Assembly: GCA_045568075.1 (NCBI GenBank)
Contig: JBJLBP010000001.1
Coordinates: 90,001-122,000, forward strand
Length of the DNA: 32,000 bases
Reading direction: 5' to 3'
From: Candidatus Thalassarchaeaceae archaeon
GTDB lineage: Archaea; Thermoplasmatota; Poseidoniia; Poseidoniales; Thalassarchaeaceae
Part shown: positions 1 to 8,600 of the stretch, in pieces
How positions within the stretch are numbered: position 1 is the first letter of the stretch
Layout: every line of letters begins with the position of its first letter
Position numbers and translations under genes: made by a program
Notes under the pieces: generated by a model
Databases searched by the model: none
The model's input: only the letters and a program-made list of their open reading frames with translations
Told to the model about the DNA's origin: nothing

Positions 1-568
1 CCGGATTGTGCATCCCTTCGATAGGTTCGGGCGTCTGATGGGTGAGTACGATAGGCGGTGGAGTTCGTCGCGCGCTCGAGAAAGTGAGTAATTCAGACCA
101 CTCGGCAGTATTGTCGCCGTGCGCGTGAAGAATAATCGGAATTCCGCGTTTCACTGCAGCCACTGTCCCCTCGCCGCCATCGGCATCACTCACAACACAG
201 GCCAAACGGGACCAAGCTCGATCGGCCATCGAATCTGGAAGAGTGTCGAGCACGCCGCAAGACCCATCCGCTGCAATCAGGAGAGTATTGCCTGCAAGAA
301 CTTCCTCAACCTCCTCAATGGTGATTGCGGCACCGAGAATCGCAACATCTGTCTCTCGTAGAACAAGCCGTCTGTGCAACGAAGCCACCGTCTGAACTCG
401 CCGTGCACGGGCCCAAGATTCAACATCGCAAGACTCGACCTCAGAGAGCAGTGCATGTGCACTCTCGACATCCTCGGTCAGGCCCCAGTCGAAGTGCGCC
501 CTCACCTCATTTTGCAATTCCAGCAAGCGAACATCCACTGCAGCAAGGTCGGTTGGCTTACTCTGCAT
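1..568 (-). CDS. mptE: MptE-like (DUF115) 6-hydroxymethyl-7,8-dihydropterin pyrophosphokinase family protein, 3' end outside window
   Basis: Own translation of the minus strand from ATG 568..566 runs open to position 1: MQSKPTDLAAVDVRLLELQNEV...LLIAADGSCGVL...CVVSDADGGEGTVAAVKRGIPIILHAHGDNTAEW. The IAADG / SDxDG / HAHGDN motifs are as remembered for the DUF115/MptE family. Not in the ORF track because it leaves the window. The frame stays open upstream of 568, but that would overlap priL. Confidence 0.55.
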   Translation of the reverse strand, partial: MQSKPTDLAAVDVRLLELQNEVRAHFDWGLTEDVESAHALLSEVESCDVESWARARRVQTVASLHRRLVLRETDVAILGAAITIEEVEEVLAGNTLLIAADGSCGVLDTLPDSMADRAWSRLACVVSDADGGEGTVAAVKRGIPIILHAHGDNTAEWSELLTFSSARRTPPPIVLTHQTPEPIEGMHNP

Positions 569-635
569 CCAGTGACTCTCCAGTGGAAGGATTCGGTGAG
601 GCTTGAAATACCCTCTCGATACATTGCCACTCACC

Positions 636-1829
636 ATGCCGATGCCGCTCACACCTCCGAGCATCGAAGATGAGTCTGTGCTCGCACGATACCCCTTCCT
701 ACCGCAGAGCCGTGAATACATCCTCGGCCAACTCAGCGGTAACGGAATCAACGTCGAGGGACTCATTGAGGAACCATGGCTCGAGGATATCCGTCGACGT
801 GGTAGTCTACGCCTCGTCGAGTCCGTCGTCCACAAGGAAGGAGTCGATTCGGCAACCACCGTCGACATCTCTTCCGACGTCGGTCGGATGACTGAGGCTC
901 TCTCATTCCTTCACGCCATGCTAGTGGTCTGCGCCTCCTTCGAGGATCGTCTCCTCAATCGCTGGGTGGAGGGAGAAGCCAGTAGGGCCGACCAACTCTT
1001 CGGCATAGATCGGCCCAATTTCGATATCATCGCCCGCACATATCTTTCCGATATCCGCAGCGAGGCGATACCCGGCACGACCGAGATTGTCTATCACGTG
1101 CCGATGGTCGATTTTCTCGAACTCTGTCCAAAGATTACGGGCGGTTATTGGCGCTTGATCAACCGCCCGGTCAAAGCCGGCTGGGTCAGGATGGATCCGG
1201 CTAGCGGAGAAACCAGTCAACAGCGGACTGCGCGCCTACTCAAGGAGCGCGTCCGCCGATCTCTGACTGAGGATTGTGTCGATAGAATGGCGAAGATGGA
1301 CGATGCATTCGCCGGACTCTTCGCGGATCCGGTTGACCGCATTCTCGGCTTACTCTCAGAACGAGTCACAGCCGAGATGCCGATGACAGCGGCCGTCCGC
1401 GAGGATTGGCCGCCTTGCTTCGAATCAGCCGTTGCCGAACTAGCCCAAGGAATCAACGTAAATCACACAGGTCGGCTTTTCCTCGCTGCAATGTCAAGAG
1501 CTATGCTGCACACACCCGAAGTCACGTGCTCATTCTTCGAGAATGCCCCCGACTACAATGCGGAGACTACTTCCTACCAAGTTGGCCACGTCTATGAGCA
1601 TCAATACACACCTCACGGATGCTCGTCTCTCAAGACAGGTGCTCGCTGTCCTGTGAGCCCTGGAGACGATCGTTTGTGCGACCAGGAATGGATGAATCAC
1701 CCTCTCAAATATCTGCGAGCGAAGCAGCGGCGGCGCTATCAGGAAGAGAGTCTCAATGAAGCCGCCGACGAATCGCCAGAACGCACCGAAGGTGCGTCGG
1801 AAACGAACGAAACGGACGATTCTTCATAA
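636..1829 (+). CDS. priL: DNA primase large subunit PriL
   Basis: ORF 603..1829 (TTG); first ATG at 636. N-terminal YPFLPQSREYI. The C-terminal Fe-S domain pattern is typical of archaeal/eukaryal PriL: WPPCFESAV...GINVNHTGRLFLAAM...YQVGHVY...YTPHGCSSLKTGARCP...LC. Confidence 0.85.
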   Translation: MPMPLTPPSIEDESVLARYPFLPQSREYILGQLSGNGINVEGLIEEPWLEDIRRRGSLRLVESVVHKEGVDSATTVDISSDVGRMTEALSFLHAMLVVCASFEDRLLNRWVEGEASRADQLFGIDRPNFDIIARTYLSDIRSEAIPGTTEIVYHVPMVDFLELCPKITGGYWRLINRPVKAGWVRMDPASGETSQQRTARLLKERVRRSLTEDCVDRMAKMDDAFAGLFADPVDRILGLLSERVTAEMPMTAAVREDWPPCFESAVAELAQGINVNHTGRLFLAAMSRAMLHTPEVTCSFFENAPDYNAETTSYQVGHVYEHQYTPHGCSSLKTGARCPVSPGDDRLCDQEWMNHPLKYLRAKQRRRYQEESLNEAADESPERTEGASETNETDDSS

Positions 1830-1870
1830 TGGAGTAGACCCCATTGCGCTCCGTAGCAGGGGATTGGAAC

Positions 1871-3049
1871 ATGGTGCGCACACTCGTCCTCACTATCGAC
1901 CGAGACAATGATCTTGGCGTTAAGGCAGGAATCAGAGGTCCTGTCATCGGCCGTAAAGCCACTCTCACAGCAGCTCTCAGACTTGGTATCGCCGACCCTG
2001 AGGAATCAGATACGAATGCGATTCTCGGTGCGCTACATCATCACGACCGTCTCGTTGAGCGCACCGAAGGTGACGACGAGGTCGAAATTGCAATTCTCAC
2101 CGGCGATGTCCGCGTCGGACCACGCTCCGATCGCGCCATCGCCAGTCAACTCGACGAGGTGATTCAGGAATTCCAGCCGGATACTGCCGTCCTCATCACC
2201 GATGGTGCCGATGATGAGGCCTCGCTTCCAATCCTCACCTCACGAGTTAGGGTCGACCACGTCGAGAAGATCATCGTCAGACAATCGAAAGGAATCGAGA
2301 GCACTTACTACTACATCGCCAAGGCAATCGAAGACCCTCGTTGGCGAGCGAGATTATTGGTTCCTGTCGCACTTTTCCTAATCATATTCGGTTTGGGATT
2401 GATTTTGCCCAACGGCGCTGTGCTCATCGGTTCAATGCCGTTGATCATCGGAATCTGGATTCTTGCAAAGGGATTGGGTTGGGAGCATCAACTGGAGCGT
2501 TTGATGATCGATATGAGAGAAAGCGCTACTGGGGGAATCTGGTCATCGCTATTATGGGGATTATCGATTGTTTCGGTGCTATTTTCTATCCTGACTTTCT
2601 ATTCAGTTTTCTACGGCGAAACTACCGAATTAAATGCCTATGTTTTGGACACCTTTACTCGTATTGATTCCTTTGACTTGGACTCAGTCAATCGAAATTT
2701 TGCAGTTTGGGTAATTGCTATTGACCAAGCTCTGACTTGGATTCTGGTCGCTGCCTTCTCATTCGTTCTCTCACTTGGTGTTCTGCGTTGGAAGGAAGGC
2801 TCGTTCACCGGTCAAAGTATGCTTTTGATTGGCCTTGGTGCTGTAGTCTATTCAATCTCCAAGGCTGTGATTGAAGTGACTCTGGCTGAACTCGGTGGCG
2901 GGGATTACGACATCACTGCGGGTAATGTCTCGGACACCTGGTTATTCCCAATCCTCGCGATTGTCTTCTACTATCTTCTGAAGACTGCAATTGATTCGGT
3001 AACCGCTGAGACTGACGATGATGGAAGCAATCGTTACTGGGGCGTCTGA
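1871..3049 (+). CDS. DUF373 family archaeal integral membrane protein
   Basis: ORF 1844..3049; ATG at 1871 preceded by an AGGGG SD-like element. The N-terminal soluble domain VLTIDRDNDLGVKAGIRGPVIGRKATLTAALRLGIADPEESDTNAILGA matches the remembered DUF373 signature. It is followed by about 7 hydrophobic helices. Confidence 0.75.
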   Translation: MVRTLVLTIDRDNDLGVKAGIRGPVIGRKATLTAALRLGIADPEESDTNAILGALHHHDRLVERTEGDDEVEIAILTGDVRVGPRSDRAIASQLDEVIQEFQPDTAVLITDGADDEASLPILTSRVRVDHVEKIIVRQSKGIESTYYYIAKAIEDPRWRARLLVPVALFLIIFGLGLILPNGAVLIGSMPLIIGIWILAKGLGWEHQLERLMIDMRESATGGIWSSLLWGLSIVSVLFSILTFYSVFYGETTELNAYVLDTFTRIDSFDLDSVNRNFAVWVIAIDQALTWILVAAFSFVLSLGVLRWKEGSFTGQSMLLIGLGAVVYSISKAVIEVTLAELGGGDYDITAGNVSDTWLFPILAIVFYYLLKTAIDSVTAETDDDGSNRYWGV

Positions 3050-3056
3050 TTCGAAT

Positions 3057-3069
3057 TCTGCTCGGCAGA
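3057..3069. terminator. Short hairpin TCTGC-tcg-GCAGA between convergent genes
   Basis: Read directly: 5-bp stem with a 3-nt loop in the 23-bp gap between the DUF373 stop (3049) and the Zn-ribbon gene stop (3073). No oligo-T tract follows, so its function is uncertain. Confidence 0.2.
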
Positions 3070-3072
3070 GGA

Positions 3073-3507
3073 TCAACGCTCGTAGGTCATCTCCATCTGA
3101 CACGAAGGGCAGATGACCTTGATTGGACGAATATCAGGGATACCGAGTGGGGCCGAGCAATTGGTGCAGACAATGGCCTGTGAGACCTGCTTCTGACGCT
3201 TCTTACCATCGTGGCTGGGGTCGTATGAGACTCGAAACTTTGAGGTGTCAGTGACGTAATTAGGCGAGTCCTCGCCGTGGTCCTCAACCTCAGTTCGGGA
3301 GAATATAGAGGTGCTCTTAGCGACCTCGGGCGTGATTGCTGAATCGATTCTACTGCCCGAGGAGCCTGCTTCGACCGAGTCGAGTTCGGCCTGGACTTCG
3401 GCTGCAGTCAGGCCCGTTTCAGTTGCGACTCGGTCGATTGCGAGTGTCAGCTCGTATTCGTCCAAACCCATGAGTTGCTGCAATTTGACTGCGGGTATCT
3501 TACTCAT
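3073..3507 (-). CDS. Hypothetical protein with C-terminal CxxC...CxxC zinc ribbon
   Basis: 144-aa ORF. C-terminus is CTNCSAPLGIPDIRPIKVICPSCQMEM. It has an acidic helical N-terminus and a disordered middle. No family recognised. Confidence 0.6.
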   Translation of the reverse strand: MSKIPAVKLQQLMGLDEYELTLAIDRVATETGLTAAEVQAELDSVEAGSSGSRIDSAITPEVAKSTSIFSRTEVEDHGEDSPNYVTDTSKFRVSYDPSHDGKKRQKQVSQAIVCTNCSAPLGIPDIRPIKVICPSCQMEMTYER

Positions 3508-3618
3508 ATCGCTCCCTCCCGACTCCTTCAGATGACGCGGGTCTTTCCACCCCTTTGAATGCCCGCTATCTTGGCTTCGCTCGTAGGGTATCGCTAAGAG
3601 CGTTCGATTCCGCTCTCG

Positions 3619-4851
3619 GTGTGCATGTTCCCAGAGTGTCTTGAGTGCAGGGGCATACGTGGGATGTGCGGCATCAACCCCTGCCCCCTACTTGCAGAGG
3701 TGCGAAGTCAACTCCCTGTGGTCGAACCAACTTCGATAGATGAGATGGTTGGACCCAGTCCGCCACAACTGTTCGTTGGTCGCTACGGTTACCCAGATGT
3801 GCGGGCTGGGCCCAGTGCCAGTTGGTTGTCTGAGAATGATTCTGAATTTGCTCCGAGTGCGACCGGAGATCCTGCTGATTTGTTCGGTCGCCCACTCGAA
3901 GAGGTTGCTGCCCGTCATGCCAATCTGATTACTGGCGGGCAGCGGATGAAAGTGCAAGAGGCTCAGCGGCCGGGCCAAATGTTAGAAACGACTCAAGAAA
4001 TCGCTATGGCCGCTCGCTCGGTCGATGTTGAGCTGGATTTCGCGAGCCCTATTCGCATCGGTCGCTCGCCGACCTTCGACAGTATGAGCACGCCTCTTGG
4101 TCCGACGGGTGAGGTTCTGAGGGCCGAAGTGGTTGGGCATCCGAGCATACCTCGCAAAGTCGATTCCATCGCTGGCGAAACCGACTTGCTAGCAACTGAC
4201 GCGATGGATGAGTTGAGCGCCTCTTCCATCGGCGAGGCGCACATCTCTCGCTTACTCTCTTCAGGTATCCTCGGACGTGAATCAGCGCGTCGGCTAGTCC
4301 CGACGCGCTGGAGCATTACCGCTACTGATGATATGCTTGGAAAGCGACTGTGGCGAAGGGCGAGAGATCTTCCTTCTATCGACAAGGTATTGGTCTACGA
4401 AGCGACCTATCTCGACAATCGCTTCCACATAATCCTGACACCCGGACTATGGGCATTCCATATGCTAGAAGCCTGGACCAGAGGCTCGCTGTGGAGCGAT
4501 TCTGGTAAAGTTCTCGGAGATTGGGAAGAGATGGAACCACGAACGAAATATGCTGACCGCGTCACTGGAGCTTACTATGCTGCACGTTTGGGCGTCCTCG
4601 AACACATGCTCTCAGTAGGACGCTCAGGAGCCTGTTTGATCTGGCGTGACATCGGTGAAGGTTACTGGGCTCCTGTCGGAGTTTGGCTGATTCGGGAAAC
4701 TGTACGGGAAGCGATGAAACAGACTCCGAAGCAATTCGATTCTCTGAAGGAGGCTGTCGATTATGTTGGACCGCGCGTCTCATCGTCAGATGATTTACGC
4801 AACTCCTGGTTTGTGAAGCGCGGTCAGCAGACTCGGCTCGACTCATTCTGA
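3619..4851 (+). CDS. nreA: Nre-family DNA repair protein (NreA-like) with C-terminal PIP box
   Basis: 410-aa ORF (GTG 3619, ATG 3625). The Cys-rich N-terminus CLECRGIRGMCGINPCPLL is typical of archaeal Nre (COG1602). The last residues QTRLDSF fit the PCNA-interacting Qxx[LIM]xx[FY] pattern. Confidence 0.75.
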   Translation: MCMFPECLECRGIRGMCGINPCPLLAEVRSQLPVVEPTSIDEMVGPSPPQLFVGRYGYPDVRAGPSASWLSENDSEFAPSATGDPADLFGRPLEEVAARHANLITGGQRMKVQEAQRPGQMLETTQEIAMAARSVDVELDFASPIRIGRSPTFDSMSTPLGPTGEVLRAEVVGHPSIPRKVDSIAGETDLLATDAMDELSASSIGEAHISRLLSSGILGRESARRLVPTRWSITATDDMLGKRLWRRARDLPSIDKVLVYEATYLDNRFHIILTPGLWAFHMLEAWTRGSLWSDSGKVLGDWEEMEPRTKYADRVTGAYYAARLGVLEHMLSVGRSGACLIWRDIGEGYWAPVGVWLIRETVREAMKQTPKQFDSLKEAVDYVGPRVSSSDDLRNSWFVKRGQQTRLDSF

Positions 4852-5511
4852 GTCGAGCGAAGAATCGAGGAAACTCGCGACAATTTCCCCCTCGGCCTTG
4901 ACTAATTGCTCAGCCACAGTTGATTTGGAGAGGCCGAGCTTGTCTGCGAGTTCCCGGATCGAGGTGCGCTTGGGGGCCTCGTACCAACCACTCTCATGAG
5001 CGAGGCGAACTACCCGATGCTGTTGCAGAGTCGGTCCTTTCTGGACCAATCCTTCTGACCCTTTTGCCGAGGTGACCCGTTCTACAGGCACCTTCGATCG
5101 GATATCTGTCAAGAAGCGGACCATCGCCTCGTGGCGGCCAGCAATTTGCAACACCAATCCGTTGGCCGTGAAGTTAGACCCAGCAAGGATAGCAAGGTCG
5201 CCGCTGTGGAAGTAATGGCCGGCGAAATCGGCGGAGAATTCCAACACTATGAGATGATGAGTCAGGATGGTTGAATTCCACTCCTCAAGAATCTCAACGA
5301 GGCGGATCCCTTCGACATAGGTCCCTGGTGGAGGGCAATTGCCATCGATGGTAATGCACTCCACCATAATACGCAGATTTCCATCGACCATTCCGAGCAT
5401 CGAGCGAAAGTCCCAGGAGATGCACTGCAAGGCTGCGAGGGCTCGAGCATCGTGTTCGAGAGAGGCAAAAGCACACTCAACTCGGACCGCTCGCATGTGA
5501 TTGCCTCGCAC
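4843..5511 (-). CDS. HTH_10 (bacterio-opsin activator-type HTH) transcriptional regulator
   Basis: 222-aa ORF. C-terminal LQQHRVVRLAHESGWYEAPKRTSIRELADKLGLSKSTVAEQLVKAEGEIV matches the archaeal HTH_10 consensus (LTxrQxxxLxxAxxxGYFxxPRxxxxxELAxxLGISxxTxxExLRrAexK). Confidence 0.75.
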   Translation of the reverse strand: MRGNHMRAVRVECAFASLEHDARALAALQCISWDFRSMLGMVDGNLRIMVECITIDGNCPPPGTYVEGIRLVEILEEWNSTILTHHLIVLEFSADFAGHYFHSGDLAILAGSNFTANGLVLQIAGRHEAMVRFLTDIRSKVPVERVTSAKGSEGLVQKGPTLQQHRVVRLAHESGWYEAPKRTSIRELADKLGLSKSTVAEQLVKAEGEIVASFLDSSLDSE

Positions 5512-5604
5512 CTCTCAGTCCCCCCTAGTCGTTTTCAAGGTGCTCGACCACCACTGGAGGGGCACGAATGGCGAATCGCCACCCGCATCCCCTTGCATCG
5601 CGGT

Positions 5605-8600
5605 TCACTCCTTGCCGCGCTTCCTCAGTGCTTCTTCAGAGGCGACGATTGCTCGGGCAACCTCTGGTGAATAACCGGTTTCGACCAACTTCTGGAATTG
5701 GTCTTCAGTCGCTGGTTCAATCGACTTCGGAGTCTCGATTGATTCCGTCTTAACCGCCCAAACCGCTTCCTCATCGCGCATCGAATCGATGACTTCTCGA
5801 GTTCCATCGCGACTTTCGTCACCGCGTCGTCCGCGACTACGAGACTGCATTACTGCTCCAACCATTCCGACTAGAGCGAGGCCAGCGATAGCGGCCATTA
5901 GAACAGGAGAGTCGGTGACGGTTTCGACTATTCCGCGTGGTAGAGACATGTCCTCAACCGAATCCCAGCAGCCATCGCGGTCGATGTCAGTCTGCTTGGC
6001 AGAGGTCCAACCGATGGCTCCATGAGCACACTGATCGCGAGTGTCAGGGACGCCATCGTTATCGTCATCCAAGTCGAATTCGTCCATACATCCATCGCTA
6101 TCGTGATCTATTGTCACACGATTGCTGACCGGGCAAGCATCGTCGATATCGAGTATTCCGTCGCCATCGTCATCTTGGTCCTCGGTCGCGTCGGCGCATC
6201 CATCGCGGTCACGGTCTGAATTGAGAGCCGAGATCCAACCTGGATTCGGGTTAGTCTCGCAATTATCCTCAGAGGATTCGATTCCATCATTGTCGAGGTC
6301 GGTGTCCTCATTTCTGTCATCGCAACCATCGAAGTCTGCGTCAACAATATTCGGAGACATGCTGCGGACGCATGAATCTTCAGTGTCGAGGAATCCATCT
6401 CCATCGTCGTCTAAGTCCTCTTCTGAATCGTGACATCCGTCACCATCCCAATCAGTCAATGGGCTTGAGTCCCAGCCGAACTTGCCGGTCGTGCACAGAT
6501 CCTTGTCGTCAAGAACACCGTCATCGTCGACATCAGCATCCTCGTAGATGTCATTGCATCCATCGCCATCGTGATCATTGACCTCATTCGAAGTCCAATC
6601 GAGCATTCCGTAGGGGCATGAGTCATCGCGGTCGAGGACTCCGTCATTATCGTCATCGAGGTCTTCCTCGTAGTCCTGACAGCCATCTGAATCGTGATCA
6701 TAAGCTGCTCCTGTCCAACCGATGGCTCCGGTCGGGCAATTGTCATCGATGTCGAGGAATGGATCATTATCGTCGTTATCATCCTCATCCGCGTCACGGC
6801 ATCCGTCACCATCGTGGTCGGTGGAGAAGGTAGTCCAGTACTGAGCTCCATCAGGACACTGGTCGAGATGGTTTGGCACCAAATCTCCGTCGTTATCAAT
6901 GTCCTCAAGCAGGTCATCACAACCATCGCCATCAGCATCGACTCGATCCGTGTTCATTGCACCCATCGGGCACTCATCCAGTAAATCCTCGACGCCGTCG
7001 TTGTCGTCATCGAGGTCCTCGGTAGCGTCCTTACAGCCGTCACCATCGTAATCGGTCATCGTGCCCGAGTGCCAACCAGTCTCGCCGAATTGACATTGAT
7101 CATCCTCATCGGCGACGCCGTCCTGATCGTCATCGTTCCAGTCATTTTCATTCACCAAATCGACTCGCACAGAGCGCTGGGCATTTGCGAAGTTATCCGT
7201 TGCCGATTGGACTGTAACTAGAACATCGAATGACTGGTCGCCATTGACTAGTCGAATATCGGGCGCGCGAAGAAGCAAGAATACCTCTTCATCACCACCT
7301 TCTGTGATTGTAGTCGTAGGCTGGTAATTCTCGCCGAAGCCCACTGTGATATCCCAATCATCTAGGGCACCTTCGACCTCAATCGTTACAGGATCAGCAG
7401 AACCTGGAATTTGGATTCCTCGAAGATTCATTGCCACCTCAACTGATTGTCCAGGCTGCATGGATACATGACCAGACTCGGTAGGATCGAGGTCGAGGGC
7501 CATATCATACAGGTCTTCGTTCCACTTGCAGACATCCCACTTATTCGCCTGGCTATCAGCCTCAGTACAATCATTGGCAGTCCAAGCGATAGTGCGCTCA
7601 GGCCATGCAAACTTGACTATTGGCTGAGCGCTCGCGTCGAATTCGCTGCCGAAGACTCCCATCAGATTCTGTGTGCTGCTTGCAATTGTACGCGTGTTTA
7701 CTACACTGTATGCCTGTGTGAGATATCGGTTCAACGGCAGCTCTTCGAATCCGTTCATCACCGGAGCTTGGATTCGAGTCCAACGCAACTCGACGACGCC
7801 AGCATCTCCAGCCTTCGCCTGTTGTGTCTCAAACCATGTGATGTGAATCGAGCCGTCGCGGTCGAAGTCAACTCGTGGGTTCGCTCCCCAGATTAGATTC
7901 GATTGCAGAACCGCGGTATCCTTCACCGTCATTACCTCCTCGAGGACAAGCCCATTCGGCTCGCCGTCGAGGACTCCTTGACGGTCTGGATCGAGTTGCA
8001 TGTAGTGCAATTGGCTCGGCCCTTCCTTCGACGGGAAAACACTGCGTCCATCGATCCAGACGATGTGGATATTGCCATCTTCATCGACATTGACTTCTGG
8101 ATTCACGGCCCAGCCATGACCCTTCGAAATCTGCGTATCATTCACCAAAACAAGATGGCCGAGAGTATCCCATCCACCACCGTCTTCTCGCCAATACCAA
8201 TCGGTGTCCGGGCCGATATCTTCCTGATATTGGCCCGTAATCTCATCGATTGTGTGTCCGGAGTCTCCCACTGACCATGTCGAGCGGGGGTTGGAAAGCA
8301 TCGAGTATGGATTGAGGACAGTGAGGAAGGTGTTGGTTGCACCGCTTCCAGTGCTGATGTTGATGATTGCACTGACCATCTGATTCATCTCATCAGTGTA
8401 GGAAGCTATTGGCAATTGCACATCGTCAATCCAAGCCGTATCGTTACCGCTAGATACTGAAACATCCTTCATGTACTTCCAAGTGTAAGTGTGGTACCCA
8501 GGCGCCACTGCTGCGGTGTAAGTGCCATTGCCCTCCCCAGACCAGGCTGAGGTGAAGGAACTGGTCGAACAACTTGGGTTGTCTACACAGAACAGTAGGT

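Noticed and set aside
3597-3616. GAGCGTTCGATTCCGCTC, which looks like a tRNA T-arm (GTTCGAtTC)
   Set aside because: It folds only as a 6-bp stem with an 8-nt loop. The canonical 5-bp/7-nt T-arm register fails. No acceptor, D or anticodon arms can be built from the flanking sequence.
3993-4385. 130-aa antisense ORF inside nreA
   Set aside because: Ser/Arg-rich, with no motifs, and entirely within a well-supported plus-strand gene.
5815-5835. An RGD tripeptide (RRGDES) in the adhesin
   Set aside because: It lies just after the TM helix, on the predicted cytoplasmic side within the stop-transfer basic patch, so it cannot act as an extracellular integrin-type motif.
6114-6984. Several long ORFs in other frames or on the plus strand inside the adhesin repeat array (for example 6456..6938 minus 160 aa, 6122..6433 plus 103 aa, 6694..6984 plus 96 aa)
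   Set aside because: They lie wholly inside the 1626-aa gene. Their low-complexity compositions (Met/Thr/Ser or Ser/Arg/His runs) are produced by reading GAY/GAC-rich repeats out of frame. No independent coding signal.
5950-7146. Regular repeat periodicity that could be mistaken for a CRISPR array
   Set aside because: The repeats are degenerate, in frame, and encode Ca-binding units within one long ORF. They are not identical direct repeats with unique spacers.
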